DNA of 64,000 nucleotides from positions 928,001 to 992,000 of the forward strand of contig CBDCTZ010000016.1 of NCBI GenBank assembly GCA_965222375.1, given 5' to 3'. The DNA is from Polyangiaceae bacterium (GTDB lineage Bacteria; Myxococcota_A; Polyangia; Polyangiales; Polyangiaceae). Shown here in pieces: positions 27,607-37,813 of this stretch. Made by a program: the position numbers and the translations under genes. The notes below the pieces were generated by a model. It was given only the letters and a program-made list of their open reading frames with translations, searched no databases and had not been told where the DNA came from. The first letter of the stretch is position 1, and every line of letters begins with the position of its first letter.

Positions 27607-28442
27607 CTGGATCACCTTATCCGTCGCGAGTTGGTATTTGTGGCGGTCTTGTGACGGCGGACTCAGGCCTCATTTCCGTCCCATCGCGTCCCTAGATCGT
27701 GGGGTGCGACAGTTCGCGTAGGTATTCGCCGCCGGCTCGAGTCCTCCATCTTGTGCCCTAGCGTGAATGGGGAGAACGGTTGAGTCCGGTTGTTACCAGC
27801 TGGATCACCTTATCCGTCGCGAGTTGGTATTTGTGGCGGTCTTGTGACGGCGGACTCAGGCCTCATTTCCGTCCCATCGCGTCCCTAGATCGTGGGGTGC
27901 GACAGTTCGCGTAGGTATTCGCCGCCGGCTCGAGTCCTCCATCTTGTGCCCTAGCGTGAATGGGGAGAACGGTTGAGTCCGGTTGTTACCAGCTGGATCA
28001 CCTTATCCGTCGCGAGTTGGTATTTGTGGCGGTCTTGTGACGGCGGACTCAGGCCTCATTTCCGTCCCATCGCGTCCCTAGATCGTGGGGTGCGACAGTT
28101 CGCGTAGGTATTCGCCGCCGGCTCGAGTCCTCCATCTTGTGCCCTAGCGTGAATGGGGAGAACGGTTGAGTCCGGTTGTTACCAGCTGGATCACCTTATC
28201 CGTCGCGAGTTGGTATTTGTGGCGGTCTTGTGACGGCGGACTCAGGCCTCATTTCCGTCCCATCGCGTCCCTAGATCGTGGGGTGCGACAGTTCGCGTAG
28301 GTATTCGCCGCCGGCTCGAGTCCTCCATCTTGTGCCCTAGCGTGAATGGGGAGAACGGTTGAGTCCGGTTGTTACCAGCTGGATCACCTTATCCGTCGCG
28401 AGTTGGTATTTGTGGCGGTCTTGTGACGGCGGACTCAGGCCT
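27607..28442 (+). repeat. Perfect tandem array: 4 x 193 bp plus a 64-bp partial unit, abutting the tRNA-Lys 3' end
   Basis: Units begin CTGGATCACC at 27607, 27800, 27993, 28186 and 28379; no differences between copies seen. Confidence 0.97.
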
Positions 28443-28483
28443 GGGGGGACGTCCTGCACGGGCTGGGTTTCGGGCGGTGCGCT

Positions 28484-31400
28484 TCAACGCCCGGGCTTGG
28501 TCCAAGAATCCGTGAGGCCAACCCATTCCGCCAGGACAAGAGCAACGACCCCCGCTGCGAAGAGGAGAGGGAAGACGAGCAAGGAGTAGCCTCGCACGAT
28601 GGTTTTCGGTCCCCCTCCACGTCGCGCCGCGAAGCGGGAGATGCGCCTCAGCGTGCCCGCGTGGCGACTGAAAGCGAGAATCCAGTCGCTGCTGACCTCG
28701 TCACACGCCGCGACCACGTTCTGGATGGCTCGCTGCTCAGCCCCTCCCCGCCGATACTGAATAAGAGCGCGAGTTACCGAGTAGAGGGGTGCGTCCGCGG
28801 CTCCGACCTCGCTGGCTTCGATGTCTTGAAGCAGTGCTTCGGCTTGGCTCGCATCGCCTACAAGTGCACTGTCCATCGCGAGCCAAGCGCAGTGGATCGG
28901 AGTGGTCCCATCCGGGGGTAGCTTCGTGACAAACTCACCTACCCGCGATGCAGAGCTCGTCCACCCCAGGGATCGCAGCGCCTCCACCAAGCTCAAGAGC
29001 ATGCGCGGGCGCAGATCCGTCCGGCCCTGATAGCCGGCAAACCATGGTGGGATCAAGGGTGACAGTCCAAGTTTCGCGAGAGCATCACCCACGGTGGCGA
29101 AAAGTTCCGCATGGCGGCGTACGTGCGGCAGCAGCACCGCAATGACGCCGAGGACAGCGAAGTCCTTGTGCTCCGCACGTGTCGAAATTGACCACGCGAG
29201 TGCCGCGACTCCCGCCTCGGGCGCCTGACGCAACAAGGAGCGGAACTCAGACACGCTTGGATGGTGGCCTGCGTCGAAGTGCAGCGTCGTCCAGAGGTGC
29301 CCCAGTTCAGCAGTGTTGGCCTGCATCGCGGCCTCACGCGCCGCCGTCACGCCGTCCCAGGGGGCGACATGCAAGAAGGCAAGTCCGAGCTGGACTCGTT
29401 GCGAGTGGGTGGCGGCGGGATGGGTGAAGGCTTCAACTCCGGTCTTTCGTGCCCGTTCTAGGGAGTACTTGGCGATGGAGACGAGACACCGCCCCTGGAC
29501 TAGCGCGAGTGTGTCGAAGTACCCGCGGTAGCGAGCGAAGACTTCTTTCGCTTCTTCTCGGCGCCTGGTGATCGCGAAGAGCGACAGCAGCTCGAGCGCT
29601 GCTAGTGCGAACATAGGTTCCAGTGCCAAGGAGCGCCGAAGCGCTACCTCCGCGGCATCGGCATCGCCCAATTCGCGCAGAAGGCAGCCAGCTCGAAACT
29701 GGACCTGAGCCTCTGCCGGCGCTGCGTTCGAAAGCGAGGACACCGAGGCGCGAGCGGACGGAAGGTCACCCGCCTCCAGGTACCAATCGGTCAATTGGGA
29801 CCATCCCCAACTATGGCGCGGACTACGCTCTAGCACATGACGCATCTCTGCGATGGCACCTCCGGTGTCGCCGAAGACGTGCCGTACCCACGCGTGCCGA
29901 GCGTTCAACTCCGTTGGCAGGCGACCCTGAAACTCGCGAGGTTGGCAGGCTTTAAGCGCGGCCTCTCGGCGGCCGAGCTGCGCGAGTAGCACCGCGTGCA
30001 GGTCGTGGGCTTGAACACACTGAGGATCAGCTGCGCAGGCGCCTTCGACCACTCTCAGTGCATCGTAGATGTCGGGGCCAATCAGCAACTCGGCCAGGCG
30101 AACTGCGAGCAGCGCGTCCCAGGGTCGGCGGGAGTTGAGCTCTCGGGCCAGTGCCAGCACCCGTTCCCGGGCCTTCGGATCGACCGCCCACTCTGCCAAA
30201 TGATCCCAGGCCTGCTCCGCAGCCGGCTCTGCGACCAAGGCTCGTTCAACATGCGCGAGCGCTGGTTCGACCTGTCCCTCTTGCCACGCCAGCTCCGCGC
30301 GGGCCATCAGAAGAGACAAGTCCAGCGGTTGGAACACGAGGGCGCGCTCCAGCGCACGTCGCGCCTTGCCAACGTCGTTGGCGCGGCGATGGGTCGCTGC
30401 AAGTTCAACAGCCACGGGTGGAAAGCTTGGATTGATGCTCTGAGCCCGACGAAGCGCATCAAGCTCCTTTTCTGTCTCGCCTACGCTGCGCGCCGCAGTT
30501 GCAAGATCGAGGTAGGCGCCGGGAATCAGCGGGAAGCGCTCGACTCCTTCGCGCGCGAGCTCGAACGCCGCTTTCCCGCGCCCACGCTCGACCGCAAACT
30601 TGATCGATATGGACCAACTGGTCCACAGTTCCGGTCGCGCTTCACGCATTGTTTCGATGCGCTCGGCCAACACTTCGGGCTTCAGGTGGTTGCTCGCAAC
30701 TGCAAACCATGCGGCGACCCCGTCGCCGCTATTGCTTGCGGCCCTCGTGCGCTTTTCGATGAAGCTCAACCTCGAGCCGACATCCCCAACCGATTCGGTG
30801 AGCGCAATCAGTCGCCCAATGGCGACCACTGAATCCGCATGATCACGAATCGCCCCGCGATAGGCTGCCCGCGCAGCACTCGGATCTCGCAGCAGCTCCA
30901 GCACCCGGCCTTCGACAGTGTGAGTGTTTGGGTGTGCTGGGTCGACATCGATAGCGGTGGCGAGGGTGCTGCGCGCTGCGTCCGCCCGACCGAGGCGAGC
31001 TTGCGTCATGGCAAGCTCACGCCACGCCCACCCATTGTTGCGATCCAGCTGAAGAAGCCGCTCGAGAACGGGTGCTAACTCCTCCGGGTCCTCGTCCAAG
31101 AGCGACTGAGCTCTCAGTGCCAGCAGCGCCGTGTTTTCTGGGAAGCGCTGGGAGACCCCCGCTACGTACTCGCGGGCTTCGCGGGGGCTGCGCTGAGTGT
31201 GTAGTCTCGAAGCGTGAGTCGCGTGCGCGTCGACCGACAGTGGCAAGAGCTCTACGACACGCTCCGAGGCCGTGAGTGCCTCCTTGGTTCTGCCCGCGCA
31301 CTCATACACCGTTGCCGCAACCCGAAAGAACTCGGCCTCATGAACCGCGCCGCGAGCCGATTCAAGATGGCCGAGGGCTCGCTCGACTCCTCCGTAGCGC

Positions 31401-33520
31401 GCGTGGCAGTACGCCACGAACGCTAGGAGTTGAGCGTCGTCTCCGCGCGCCGTGAGTGCGTCCTCCAACACCTGGAAGGCTTCTTTGACGCGATCCAAGG
31501 CCTCGAGTGCGCAGAAAAGCGTTATCCACGGGGACGCGGAGTTTGGGCCCAATGCCCCAACGCGGGCTTGCAACAATGTGAGGCCCTCATCCGTTCTTCG
31601 CAGCGCGTGTGCACGGACGAAGTGCTTCTGCGCGAAGTCCTCGTCCGTGGGTTCCGCTGTTGACGCAAATCTTGCCAGCTCCAACGAAGCTTCGAACTTT
31701 CGCTCGTTCCACATCCACTCCGACAAGCCGGCCATTGCCTGGCCGCGCCCTGGCATTTCGCGAACTGCCCGGCGCAGCAAGCGACCGGCTCGCGCATGCT
31801 CCCTGCCATCTGCCAAGAGCGCGGCGCCAAGGCGCTCACGGAATGCCGGATGCGCCTCGTCGCGCGCGCAGATGGATTCGAGGTGCCTATTGCCCAGGTC
31901 CGGCTGGCCCCCCTGGCGGTACATTCCTTCCAGTGCCAGTTCCGCGAGAGGCTCTTCTGGGAATAGCTGAAGAAAAATCTCCATGGTTTCGGCCAATCGG
32001 TGTGGATTGGCGTCGTAGGCCGCCAGGGCGCGTTTGCCGAGCAACGTTAGACGGTGACCTGGCCCATCATCTTCGAGGGCGCACAGCTCCGATATGGCGT
32101 CGGCACGATCGTGACGTTCGAGCGCGGCGTTTAGCCGATACAGCACGTCATAGAGATCAGCGTCAGGAAGCGACACATTCGCAACATCGATGGACCGTTC
32201 CTTGGGGAGCATCAGCATGGCGCGGGGGCCATACGCGCTGAAATTCTTGAGGAAACGTTCGCTGAATGCATCGCTGAGATCTGGCTGAAAGGGGTCTCGA
32301 ATTACTAGCGTCTCCCTCAGCTCATCGTAGCCAACCACGAGCTGAGCGTGACCTGCGACGGCGGCAACCGTGTGCACAATGAACGGAATGCGAAGGTCAA
32401 TGAGTTGGCGGGTAACGTCCCAGCCCAGGGTGAACTCCCGGCAGTGCCAGCCTTCATCCTCCGCCCACTGCCGTTCCGCATAGGCCGACGTGCCGTCGTA
32501 GCAAATTCGGTCGGCTACCTCGATGTGCTGCACGACTTTTCCGAAACTGCGTGCCAGCATCGTGAGCGACGCCGGCACGCAAGTAACATGATGCTGTCGA
32601 ACGAAAGAAGTGGGGAGCACGACGCGTTTGCTCGAGAGAGTGGAGTCTTCGTAGCGGTCCGCCAGAGGCAAAAGGGTGGGCGCCTCGCTGAGCCGAGCCT
32701 CCGTGGCGGCGCGAGCCAGGTCCCCACGCTGATAGGCGATCTCCTCCCGAAACATGCAGAGCTCCCGACGGCCCTCGTCTTCGAGCCAAGGCATGAGCGC
32801 GACCGCGCGTTCGAGATGCCGCCAAGCCGGGTCCCAGCGTTCCAAGCGTCGCAGGACTCGCGCCAGCTCGACGTGAACCGTGGCGCTTTGCAGGCATTCG
32901 GCGGCCGCGGACAACACCGCCACCGCTTCCTCTTTCTGATCGCCTAGGTCAAGCAGGTGCGCGAGCTGGTGCACAATCACCCGCTCCGGGCGCGCGGGAT
33001 CGTGAATCGCGCGAGCCGCAGACAGTGCTTCTTGATACAAATCCCGTTGCTCTAAAAGCTCCGAGTCCATAACCCGAAGCCACGGCTCTTCTGGCAGAAT
33101 GCTTTTCGCCTCCGCAACAAGGCGGGCCGTCGTCTCGAAGTCGCGCAAAGACATCGCGATCCTGGCTCGTATGCCGAGCAGGAGCGCATGTGCATCTTGC
33201 GGCTCGGCGTCCAGGTTTTTGGCTATCCAGCACCACGTTGCATAGGGGCCGCGAGCACTGAGGTATGCCTCGCTCAACCAGAAGCGCGCCTCGGGGCTGC
33301 GCGGTGCGCGTCTATAGGCAGATAGAGCTAGCGTTCGGGCGCGACTTAGAGCTCCCAAATGGGAGGCGAGGCGTGCCCCCACGCACATGGCGGCCGGATC
33401 CTCCCATGCCTCTGGCGAGGAGATGCCCTGAAGCAAGCGTTCGGCATCAATGAACAGAGATTGATCACACAGACCGGTGACCCGTTGAATCACCTCTGGG
33501 TTTGGCTGTGCTCCATTCAT
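28484..33520 (-). CDS. Large TPR-repeat protein with C39-like (papain-fold) cysteine peptidase domain and C-terminal TM helix
   Basis: RQHHVTCVPASLTML (Q...C), GHAQLVVGYD...IRDP (H/D); many TPR-like helical repeats; LLVFPLLFAAGVVALVL tail. Confidence 0.8.
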   Translation of the reverse strand: MNGAQPNPEVIQRVTGLCDQSLFIDAERLLQGISSPEAWEDPAAMCVGARLASHLGALSRARTLALSAYRRAPRSPEARFWLSEAYLSARGPYATWCWIAKNLDAEPQDAHALLLGIRARIAMSLRDFETTARLVAEAKSILPEEPWLRVMDSELLEQRDLYQEALSAARAIHDPARPERVIVHQLAHLLDLGDQKEEAVAVLSAAAECLQSATVHVELARVLRRLERWDPAWRHLERAVALMPWLEDEGRRELCMFREEIAYQRGDLARAATEARLSEAPTLLPLADRYEDSTLSSKRVVLPTSFVRQHHVTCVPASLTMLARSFGKVVQHIEVADRICYDGTSAYAERQWAEDEGWHCREFTLGWDVTRQLIDLRIPFIVHTVAAVAGHAQLVVGYDELRETLVIRDPFQPDLSDAFSERFLKNFSAYGPRAMLMLPKERSIDVANVSLPDADLYDVLYRLNAALERHDRADAISELCALEDDGPGHRLTLLGKRALAAYDANPHRLAETMEIFLQLFPEEPLAELALEGMYRQGGQPDLGNRHLESICARDEAHPAFRERLGAALLADGREHARAGRLLRRAVREMPGRGQAMAGLSEWMWNERKFEASLELARFASTAEPTDEDFAQKHFVRAHALRRTDEGLTLLQARVGALGPNSASPWITLFCALEALDRVKEAFQVLEDALTARGDDAQLLAFVAYCHARYGGVERALGHLESARGAVHEAEFFRVAATVYECAGRTKEALTASERVVELLPLSVDAHATHASRLHTQRSPREAREYVAGVSQRFPENTALLALRAQSLLDEDPEELAPVLERLLQLDRNNGWAWRELAMTQARLGRADAARSTLATAIDVDPAHPNTHTVEGRVLELLRDPSAARAAYRGAIRDHADSVVAIGRLIALTESVGDVGSRLSFIEKRTRAASNSGDGVAAWFAVASNHLKPEVLAERIETMREARPELWTSWSISIKFAVERGRGKAAFELAREGVERFPLIPGAYLDLATAARSVGETEKELDALRRAQSINPSFPPVAVELAATHRRANDVGKARRALERALVFQPLDLSLLMARAELAWQEGQVEPALAHVERALVAEPAAEQAWDHLAEWAVDPKARERVLALARELNSRRPWDALLAVRLAELLIGPDIYDALRVVEGACAADPQCVQAHDLHAVLLAQLGRREAALKACQPREFQGRLPTELNARHAWVRHVFGDTGGAIAEMRHVLERSPRHSWGWSQLTDWYLEAGDLPSARASVSSLSNAAPAEAQVQFRAGCLLRELGDADAAEVALRRSLALEPMFALAALELLSLFAITRRREEAKEVFARYRGYFDTLALVQGRCLVSIAKYSLERARKTGVEAFTHPAATHSQRVQLGLAFLHVAPWDGVTAAREAAMQANTAELGHLWTTLHFDAGHHPSVSEFRSLLRQAPEAGVAALAWSISTRAEHKDFAVLGVIAVLLPHVRRHAELFATVGDALAKLGLSPLIPPWFAGYQGRTDLRPRMLLSLVEALRSLGWTSSASRVGEFVTKLPPDGTTPIHCAWLAMDSALVGDASQAEALLQDIEASEVGAADAPLYSVTRALIQYRRGGAEQRAIQNVVAACDEVSSDWILAFSRHAGTLRRISRFAARRGGGPKTIVRGYSLLVFPLLFAAGVVALVLAEWVGLTDSWTKPGR

Positions 33521-33825
33521 ATGTCCTTCCCATGGGCCACGCGCGAACGGCTTGCACTTCTGTCTCGCATCATCCTGCGCGGCAAGACTCAGAACACCAA
33601 TTGACGCTCGGCTGTTCGTGTGGTGCGTTCACCGTTGACTCCGTGAGGCGACAATAACCGTGAGCTTTGCGAGGCACATGGTCGAGCATTTAGCAAGGCT
33701 GCCGAGTGTGCGAAAAAGCGTTCGCAAATGAGGCTAGCTCGCTTGGAGGAAGCAGAGCAAGCCGGCCCGCCCACCATTCCGCTTCCTGGGCGCACCCCGG
33801 CAAATTCGCAAACTGGCGGGGAGGT

Positions 33826-33855
33826 TGTAAGAAAGCGCTGGCTCAGGCGACGTAC
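33826..33855 (+). promoter_or_regulatory. Possible ECF-type autoregulatory promoter
   Basis: TGTAAG-N16-CGACGTA about 30 nt upstream of the sigma factor ATG. Confidence 0.3.
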
Positions 33856-33884
33856 ATTCCGTCGGTTCGAATTGACGCCACGCC

Positions 33885-34361
33885 ATGAACTTCGATCAAC
33901 TCCAGCAAGAGTACCTAGGCGTGCTTCGGCGCGTTGCCATCGGCTACGCTCCTCCCGGCGCAGAGCGCGAAGATCTGATGCAGGAGATGGCGTTGGCTCT
34001 GCATCTAGCGATGCCCGCCTTTCGCGGCGAGGCTAAGGTTTCGACCTACGTCTATCGCATCGCCCACAACTGTGGCATCGACTACCTGCGCAAGCGGAGA
34101 GAAGTCCCTGTCGATCCGGTGTTGGTCGATCGCGTCGCCTCGGATCAGGATCCGGAGGCGCAGGTCAATCTGCAACAGCGCAGAGAGCGACTGGCTGCAG
34201 CCATTCGCAACCTGCCGTTGGGCTTGCGTCAACCGCTTCTGCTTCGCCTTGAAGGCCAGTCCTACGAAGAGATCGCCGAGATCCTCGGCCTGAGCACGTC
34301 CAACGTTGGAGTGCGATTGCACCGAGCAGCGCGTGCACTCGAAAGGGAGATCGATTCATGA
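33885..34361 (+). CDS. ECF RNA polymerase sigma-70 factor
   Basis: EDLMQE and FRGEAKVSTYVYRIAHN (region 2); SYEEIAEILGLSTSNVGVRLHRA (region 4). Confidence 0.93.
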   Translation: MNFDQLQQEYLGVLRRVAIGYAPPGAEREDLMQEMALALHLAMPAFRGEAKVSTYVYRIAHNCGIDYLRKRREVPVDPVLVDRVASDQDPEAQVNLQQRRERLAAAIRNLPLGLRQPLLLRLEGQSYEEIAEILGLSTSNVGVRLHRAARALEREIDS

Positions 34362-34948
34362 CCCTCGAACCTGAACCGAAGCGACTGTCCGAATGGATGG
34401 CGTTGTGGCAAGGCGTCCCGGAGGAGCTCGGGTTTCTGCGCGAAGAGTTCGAGCGCAAGAAACTTTGGAAGTTCGTCAGCGATCTCGGTGCTATCGTTAC
34501 ACTGGTGGTGGTCGCCATCGTGCTAGTCGCGAAAGCGGTGATTGCTCCGGAGGTCGCCAGCATCGCCGCGGCTGCCTTCTTCGCACCCTACTCTTTGGCT
34601 CATGCGTGGGCGGCGCTGCGACGAATTCGAACGCGTCGCGCAGCTCTGCCGCTCAGTGGGAAGGAGTACTTAGCGACGGTCGATCACAATCTGGCAATCG
34701 AGGAACGCGCGTTGCTTTGGGAGCAGCGCACGCTGCCGTTCGCCCTGGCGTGTGGCGGGGCAATCATCGCGTGGATCTTCGTTACGGGTTGGGCGCGTCT
34801 TTCACTTCAGACCATCGCGTTCATGCTCGTCGTCGCCACCGGTTGTTTTGGTTTCGGCAGTTGGTGGACCTATGCCCGCAAACCCGCGAAGCTCACGACC
34901 GAACGACGCGCGCTCGCCGACCTCCGAAGGGAGCTGGAACGCACCTAG
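34358..34948 (+). CDS. Putative 4-TM anti-sigma factor
   Basis: ATGA overlap with the ECF gene; W..LWQ N-terminal motif; four hydrophobic helices. Confidence 0.7.
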   Translation: MTLEPEPKRLSEWMALWQGVPEELGFLREEFERKKLWKFVSDLGAIVTLVVVAIVLVAKAVIAPEVASIAAAAFFAPYSLAHAWAALRRIRTRRAALPLSGKEYLATVDHNLAIEERALLWEQRTLPFALACGGAIIAWIFVTGWARLSLQTIAFMLVVATGCFGFGSWWTYARKPAKLTTERRALADLRRELERT

Positions 34949-35374
34949 CTCCTGCCGGACCTGGACCGTTGGAGTGGTTGCTCCCCCTAACCGAGGTATC
35001 AGCATGGCCGCAGGTGAGGTCGACGTTCCCAAGGGCTACAAGAATCCTTCGATCATGACCTCCTCAATGTACGCCCCATCGGATCCTAGCTTGTCGCTTC
35101 GCGGTTCCAATCACATTGAAGCCCTGTTTTTTGTATGCGCCTGAGGCCTCGTAGGTTTGGCTCGGCCTCAAAGGGCAACCTGCGCGCAAGCAATGGCGTT
35201 GCATGGGCGTGGGGCTCACTGCTCTATCAAGCCGCGGATCAGTCCGTGGGCGAAGTGGGCTACCTCTACGTCGGATTCTGTAACGGCACCAAAGACTCCG
35301 AGGCGTCCTTCTACTCCGACGAACCCGTCGAGGTCTGCAAGCCACCGCAGATCCCGCGCTGAAGTTTCCAAAGC

Positions 35375-36013
35375 TCACGGATCTGCAGGCCAGCCGAGCT
35401 CTTCGGCATAGCGCGCCTCCGCGTCGAGTGAGCTCCGCAAGGCAGAGAAGCTTGCGAAGGTTTCGCTCAGCTCCTTCTGAATCGCGCGAATCTGTTTCAG
35501 ATCGCCACGCTCGCGGATCTCGTGCTCCAGGGAGCGACAGGTGTAGTGCACGCACAGGGTGGGTCGATGTTGTCGCTTCAGGGAGCAGGCTTTTGGGCCG
35601 CGGAACACGCAGCCCGCGAGATCCGACTGCGGCGGTTGGAAGTCACTCGGTGTGGTGCCGGCGAGCCGTAGCGCTGCCAGCTCGTCCTCCTCGAAAATCT
35701 TCGCGGGGTCCCCGCCGCAGCAATGCCCACCTGCCCAGTGGCCAAAGGGCTCGGGGTGTTTCCGTGCACATGTTGAACAAGACTGCACTTCGCCAATGGC
35801 CTCGGTGAGTCGTTCTCGGAGCTCTGCCATTCGCTCTGCCATCGCGACCAACTCCGGCGCAACCTCCGAAGGCTTTGGCAAAGCGTCGAGGCGTTTGCGC
35901 AATTCCAAAAGCGCGTCCGCCCGCGCGTGCGGGTGGCGCGCTCGGTCGACGAGGTGGCGCACGGAAAGGAACATCCACGCAGCATAGCGCGAGCTGCTAT
36001 GATGTTCCGTCAT
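35375..36013 (-). CDS. Cys-cluster protein (YkgJ/CxxCxxCC-like)
   Basis: CSTC...HCCG, CVF....C, RPTLCVHYTC. Confidence 0.6.
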   Translation of the reverse strand: MTEHHSSSRYAAWMFLSVRHLVDRARHPHARADALLELRKRLDALPKPSEVAPELVAMAERMAELRERLTEAIGEVQSCSTCARKHPEPFGHWAGGHCCGGDPAKIFEEDELAALRLAGTTPSDFQPPQSDLAGCVFRGPKACSLKRQHRPTLCVHYTCRSLEHEIRERGDLKQIRAIQKELSETFASFSALRSSLDAEARYAEELGWPADP

Positions 36014-36046
36014 GCGCGCTTTCTGCGCCTCTTGAGGATTGGCGCG

Positions 36047-36880
36047 CTACTTCAGCAGCACCTTGGCGTGGTGGCCAAGGTGCTCGGGGATGAAGCTGGC
36101 AACGAAGTAGTACGAGTGATCGTAGCCATCGTGGATCTGAAGCGCAAGAGCCTGGCCGCCGTCCTTTGCCGCGCTCTGGAAGAGCTCTGGGCGTAGTTCG
36201 CGCTCGAGGAATTCGTCGGCCCCGCCCTGATCGATGCGAATCCTCTCCGGATGTGCGCCCTTGCGTACCAATTCACAAGCGTCGTGCGCGGCCCAGGCGG
36301 CGCGGTCTTCGCCAAGATACGCACTCAGGGCTTTCTCACCCCAGGGCACCTGGCTCGGCGCCACGATGGGCGAAAGAGCGGAGATGCACGCAAAACGGTC
36401 GGGGTGTCGCAGCCCCAGAGTCAACGCACCATGGCCACCCATGGAGTGCCCCGTGACGCCCATGCGCTTCACGTCAATCGAAAACTTCGCCGCTACCAGC
36501 TCTGGTAGCTCGTCAACCACATAGTGCTCCATTGCGAAGTGGTTGGACCAGGGTACCTGGGTTGCATCGAGGTAAAAGCTCGCACCCTGTCCCAGATCGT
36601 AGGCATCGTCGTTTGGTACGCCTTCGCCACGAGGACTCGTGTCCGGGCACAGCACCGCCAAGCCCAGCTCGGAAGCCCGCGCCTGGAACCCCGCCTTCGT
36701 GGTCGCGTTCTCCCAGGTGCACGTCAGCCCAGAGAGATACACCACCATGGGTACTGGACCCGCCGCAGCCGTCGGCGGTAAGTAGAGCGACAGCTCCATG
36801 TCGGTCTTCGTCGCACTCGACGAATGTTTCAGCACGAGCTGGCGTCCACCAAAGGACCGATTCTCTTTCAGGATCTCCAT
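36047..36880 (-). CDS. fghA: S-formylglutathione hydrolase
   Basis: YLSGLTC, PDTSPRG, DLGQGASFYLDAT, GHSMGGHGAL, GYDHSYYF. Confidence 0.95.
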   Translation of the reverse strand: MEILKENRSFGGRQLVLKHSSSATKTDMELSLYLPPTAAAGPVPMVVYLSGLTCTWENATTKAGFQARASELGLAVLCPDTSPRGEGVPNDDAYDLGQGASFYLDATQVPWSNHFAMEHYVVDELPELVAAKFSIDVKRMGVTGHSMGGHGALTLGLRHPDRFACISALSPIVAPSQVPWGEKALSAYLGEDRAAWAAHDACELVRKGAHPERIRIDQGGADEFLERELRPELFQSAAKDGGQALALQIHDGYDHSYYFVASFIPEHLGHHAKVLLK

Positions 36881-36929
36881 CGCCTCGAGCCTAACCCGAG
36901 GGCGCCGCCTCGGAGCAAGGGCTTCCGTC

Positions 36930-37448
36930 TCACAATCGGGACAGAACCAAGGTCATGAGCGCTTCAGACGCGGCGCGCATCTTGGCTTCGGGCGCATCAC
37001 CGTCCAGGGCGAGCCACACCACCCTCGCCTCTTCGCACACCACGAAGTCACTGTTGCTTTGGGTCCCGGCAGCCTTGTAACGGAAGTAGGCGCGTTTGCC
37101 GTAGCCAGTGACGTCCTGCAAGGGGCCGGATGGCGACTGGAGATCGTACCAGGCCTGGCATTGCTCATCGGCGCTCGGGGGTGGCAACTGCACCGCGAGG
37201 TTCAGACTCAGCTTGCCCAGGGTCTGCCCATCCCAATAGCATTGCTTGGATTGAACCTGCCCATCGAGTACGGGGTTGCCCACTTCCTTTTCGACTTCCG
37301 TCGCAGACAACAAGCCACAGGGCGAACTTCCGCTACCACCGGCACTACCCCCGGAGCCGCCTCCGCCATCACCGTCATCGCTGCTGCAGCCAGCAGCGGC
37401 CAGGATGATCCCAACTGCTAGAGTCGTCGTTCCGCCCCAACGCTTCAT
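36930..37448 (-). CDS. Lipoprotein (DUF3558-like)
   Basis: AAGC lipobox; PCGLLS..EV motif. Confidence 0.65.
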   Translation of the reverse strand: MKRWGGTTTLAVGIILAAAGCSSDDGDGGGGSGGSAGGSGSSPCGLLSATEVEKEVGNPVLDGQVQSKQCYWDGQTLGKLSLNLAVQLPPPSADEQCQAWYDLQSPSGPLQDVTGYGKRAYFRYKAAGTQSNSDFVVCEEARVVWLALDGDAPEAKMRAASEALMTLVLSRL

Positions 37449-37813
37449 ACTCCGCGATGGTTCGTGAGGAGCCCGAGCGCGTCAAGGGTGGGCTTCTTTG
37501 GTTTTGAGGTCGCGTGACTGTGGCGTCACTGCTTCACTACTCTCGCCCTTCTGCGTGCAGTCGCGCAACGTGGGGACGCACGGGAGTAGTGCCCTTGCGG
37601 CTGCCCAGCGATGCGACCTCCAAAAAGCGGAATGCCCCGCGGTCCTGCCTGTTGTCGAAGTGTCTTGGGCCCTTGCCACCGGCGTGCGATCGCGCCTTGG
37701 CCTCCAGCGTTGCCCTCTGCCTCTCGGGGCCGTCGGACCGCGGAGACGGCTAGCGCCGGACCAACAAATCCGGCCCGTTCATAAACCGCGGCGGCAGTGC
37801 CCACTCATGTCAC

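Noticed and set aside
27799..27810. GCTGGATCACCT at each unit junction equals the 16S rRNA 3'-terminal motif
   Set aside because: Only 12 nt match; the anti-SD CCTCC and upstream helix-45 sequence are absent, so no rRNA is called. Possibly coincidence.
27607..28442. CRISPR interpretation of the tandem array (5 x 64-bp repeats with 129-bp spacers)
   Set aside because: The spacers are all identical, the lengths are far outside CRISPR norms, and there are no cas genes in the window.
35004..35362. Possible gene fragment between the anti-sigma gene and the Cys-cluster gene
   Set aside because: Broken frames and no recognisable motif.
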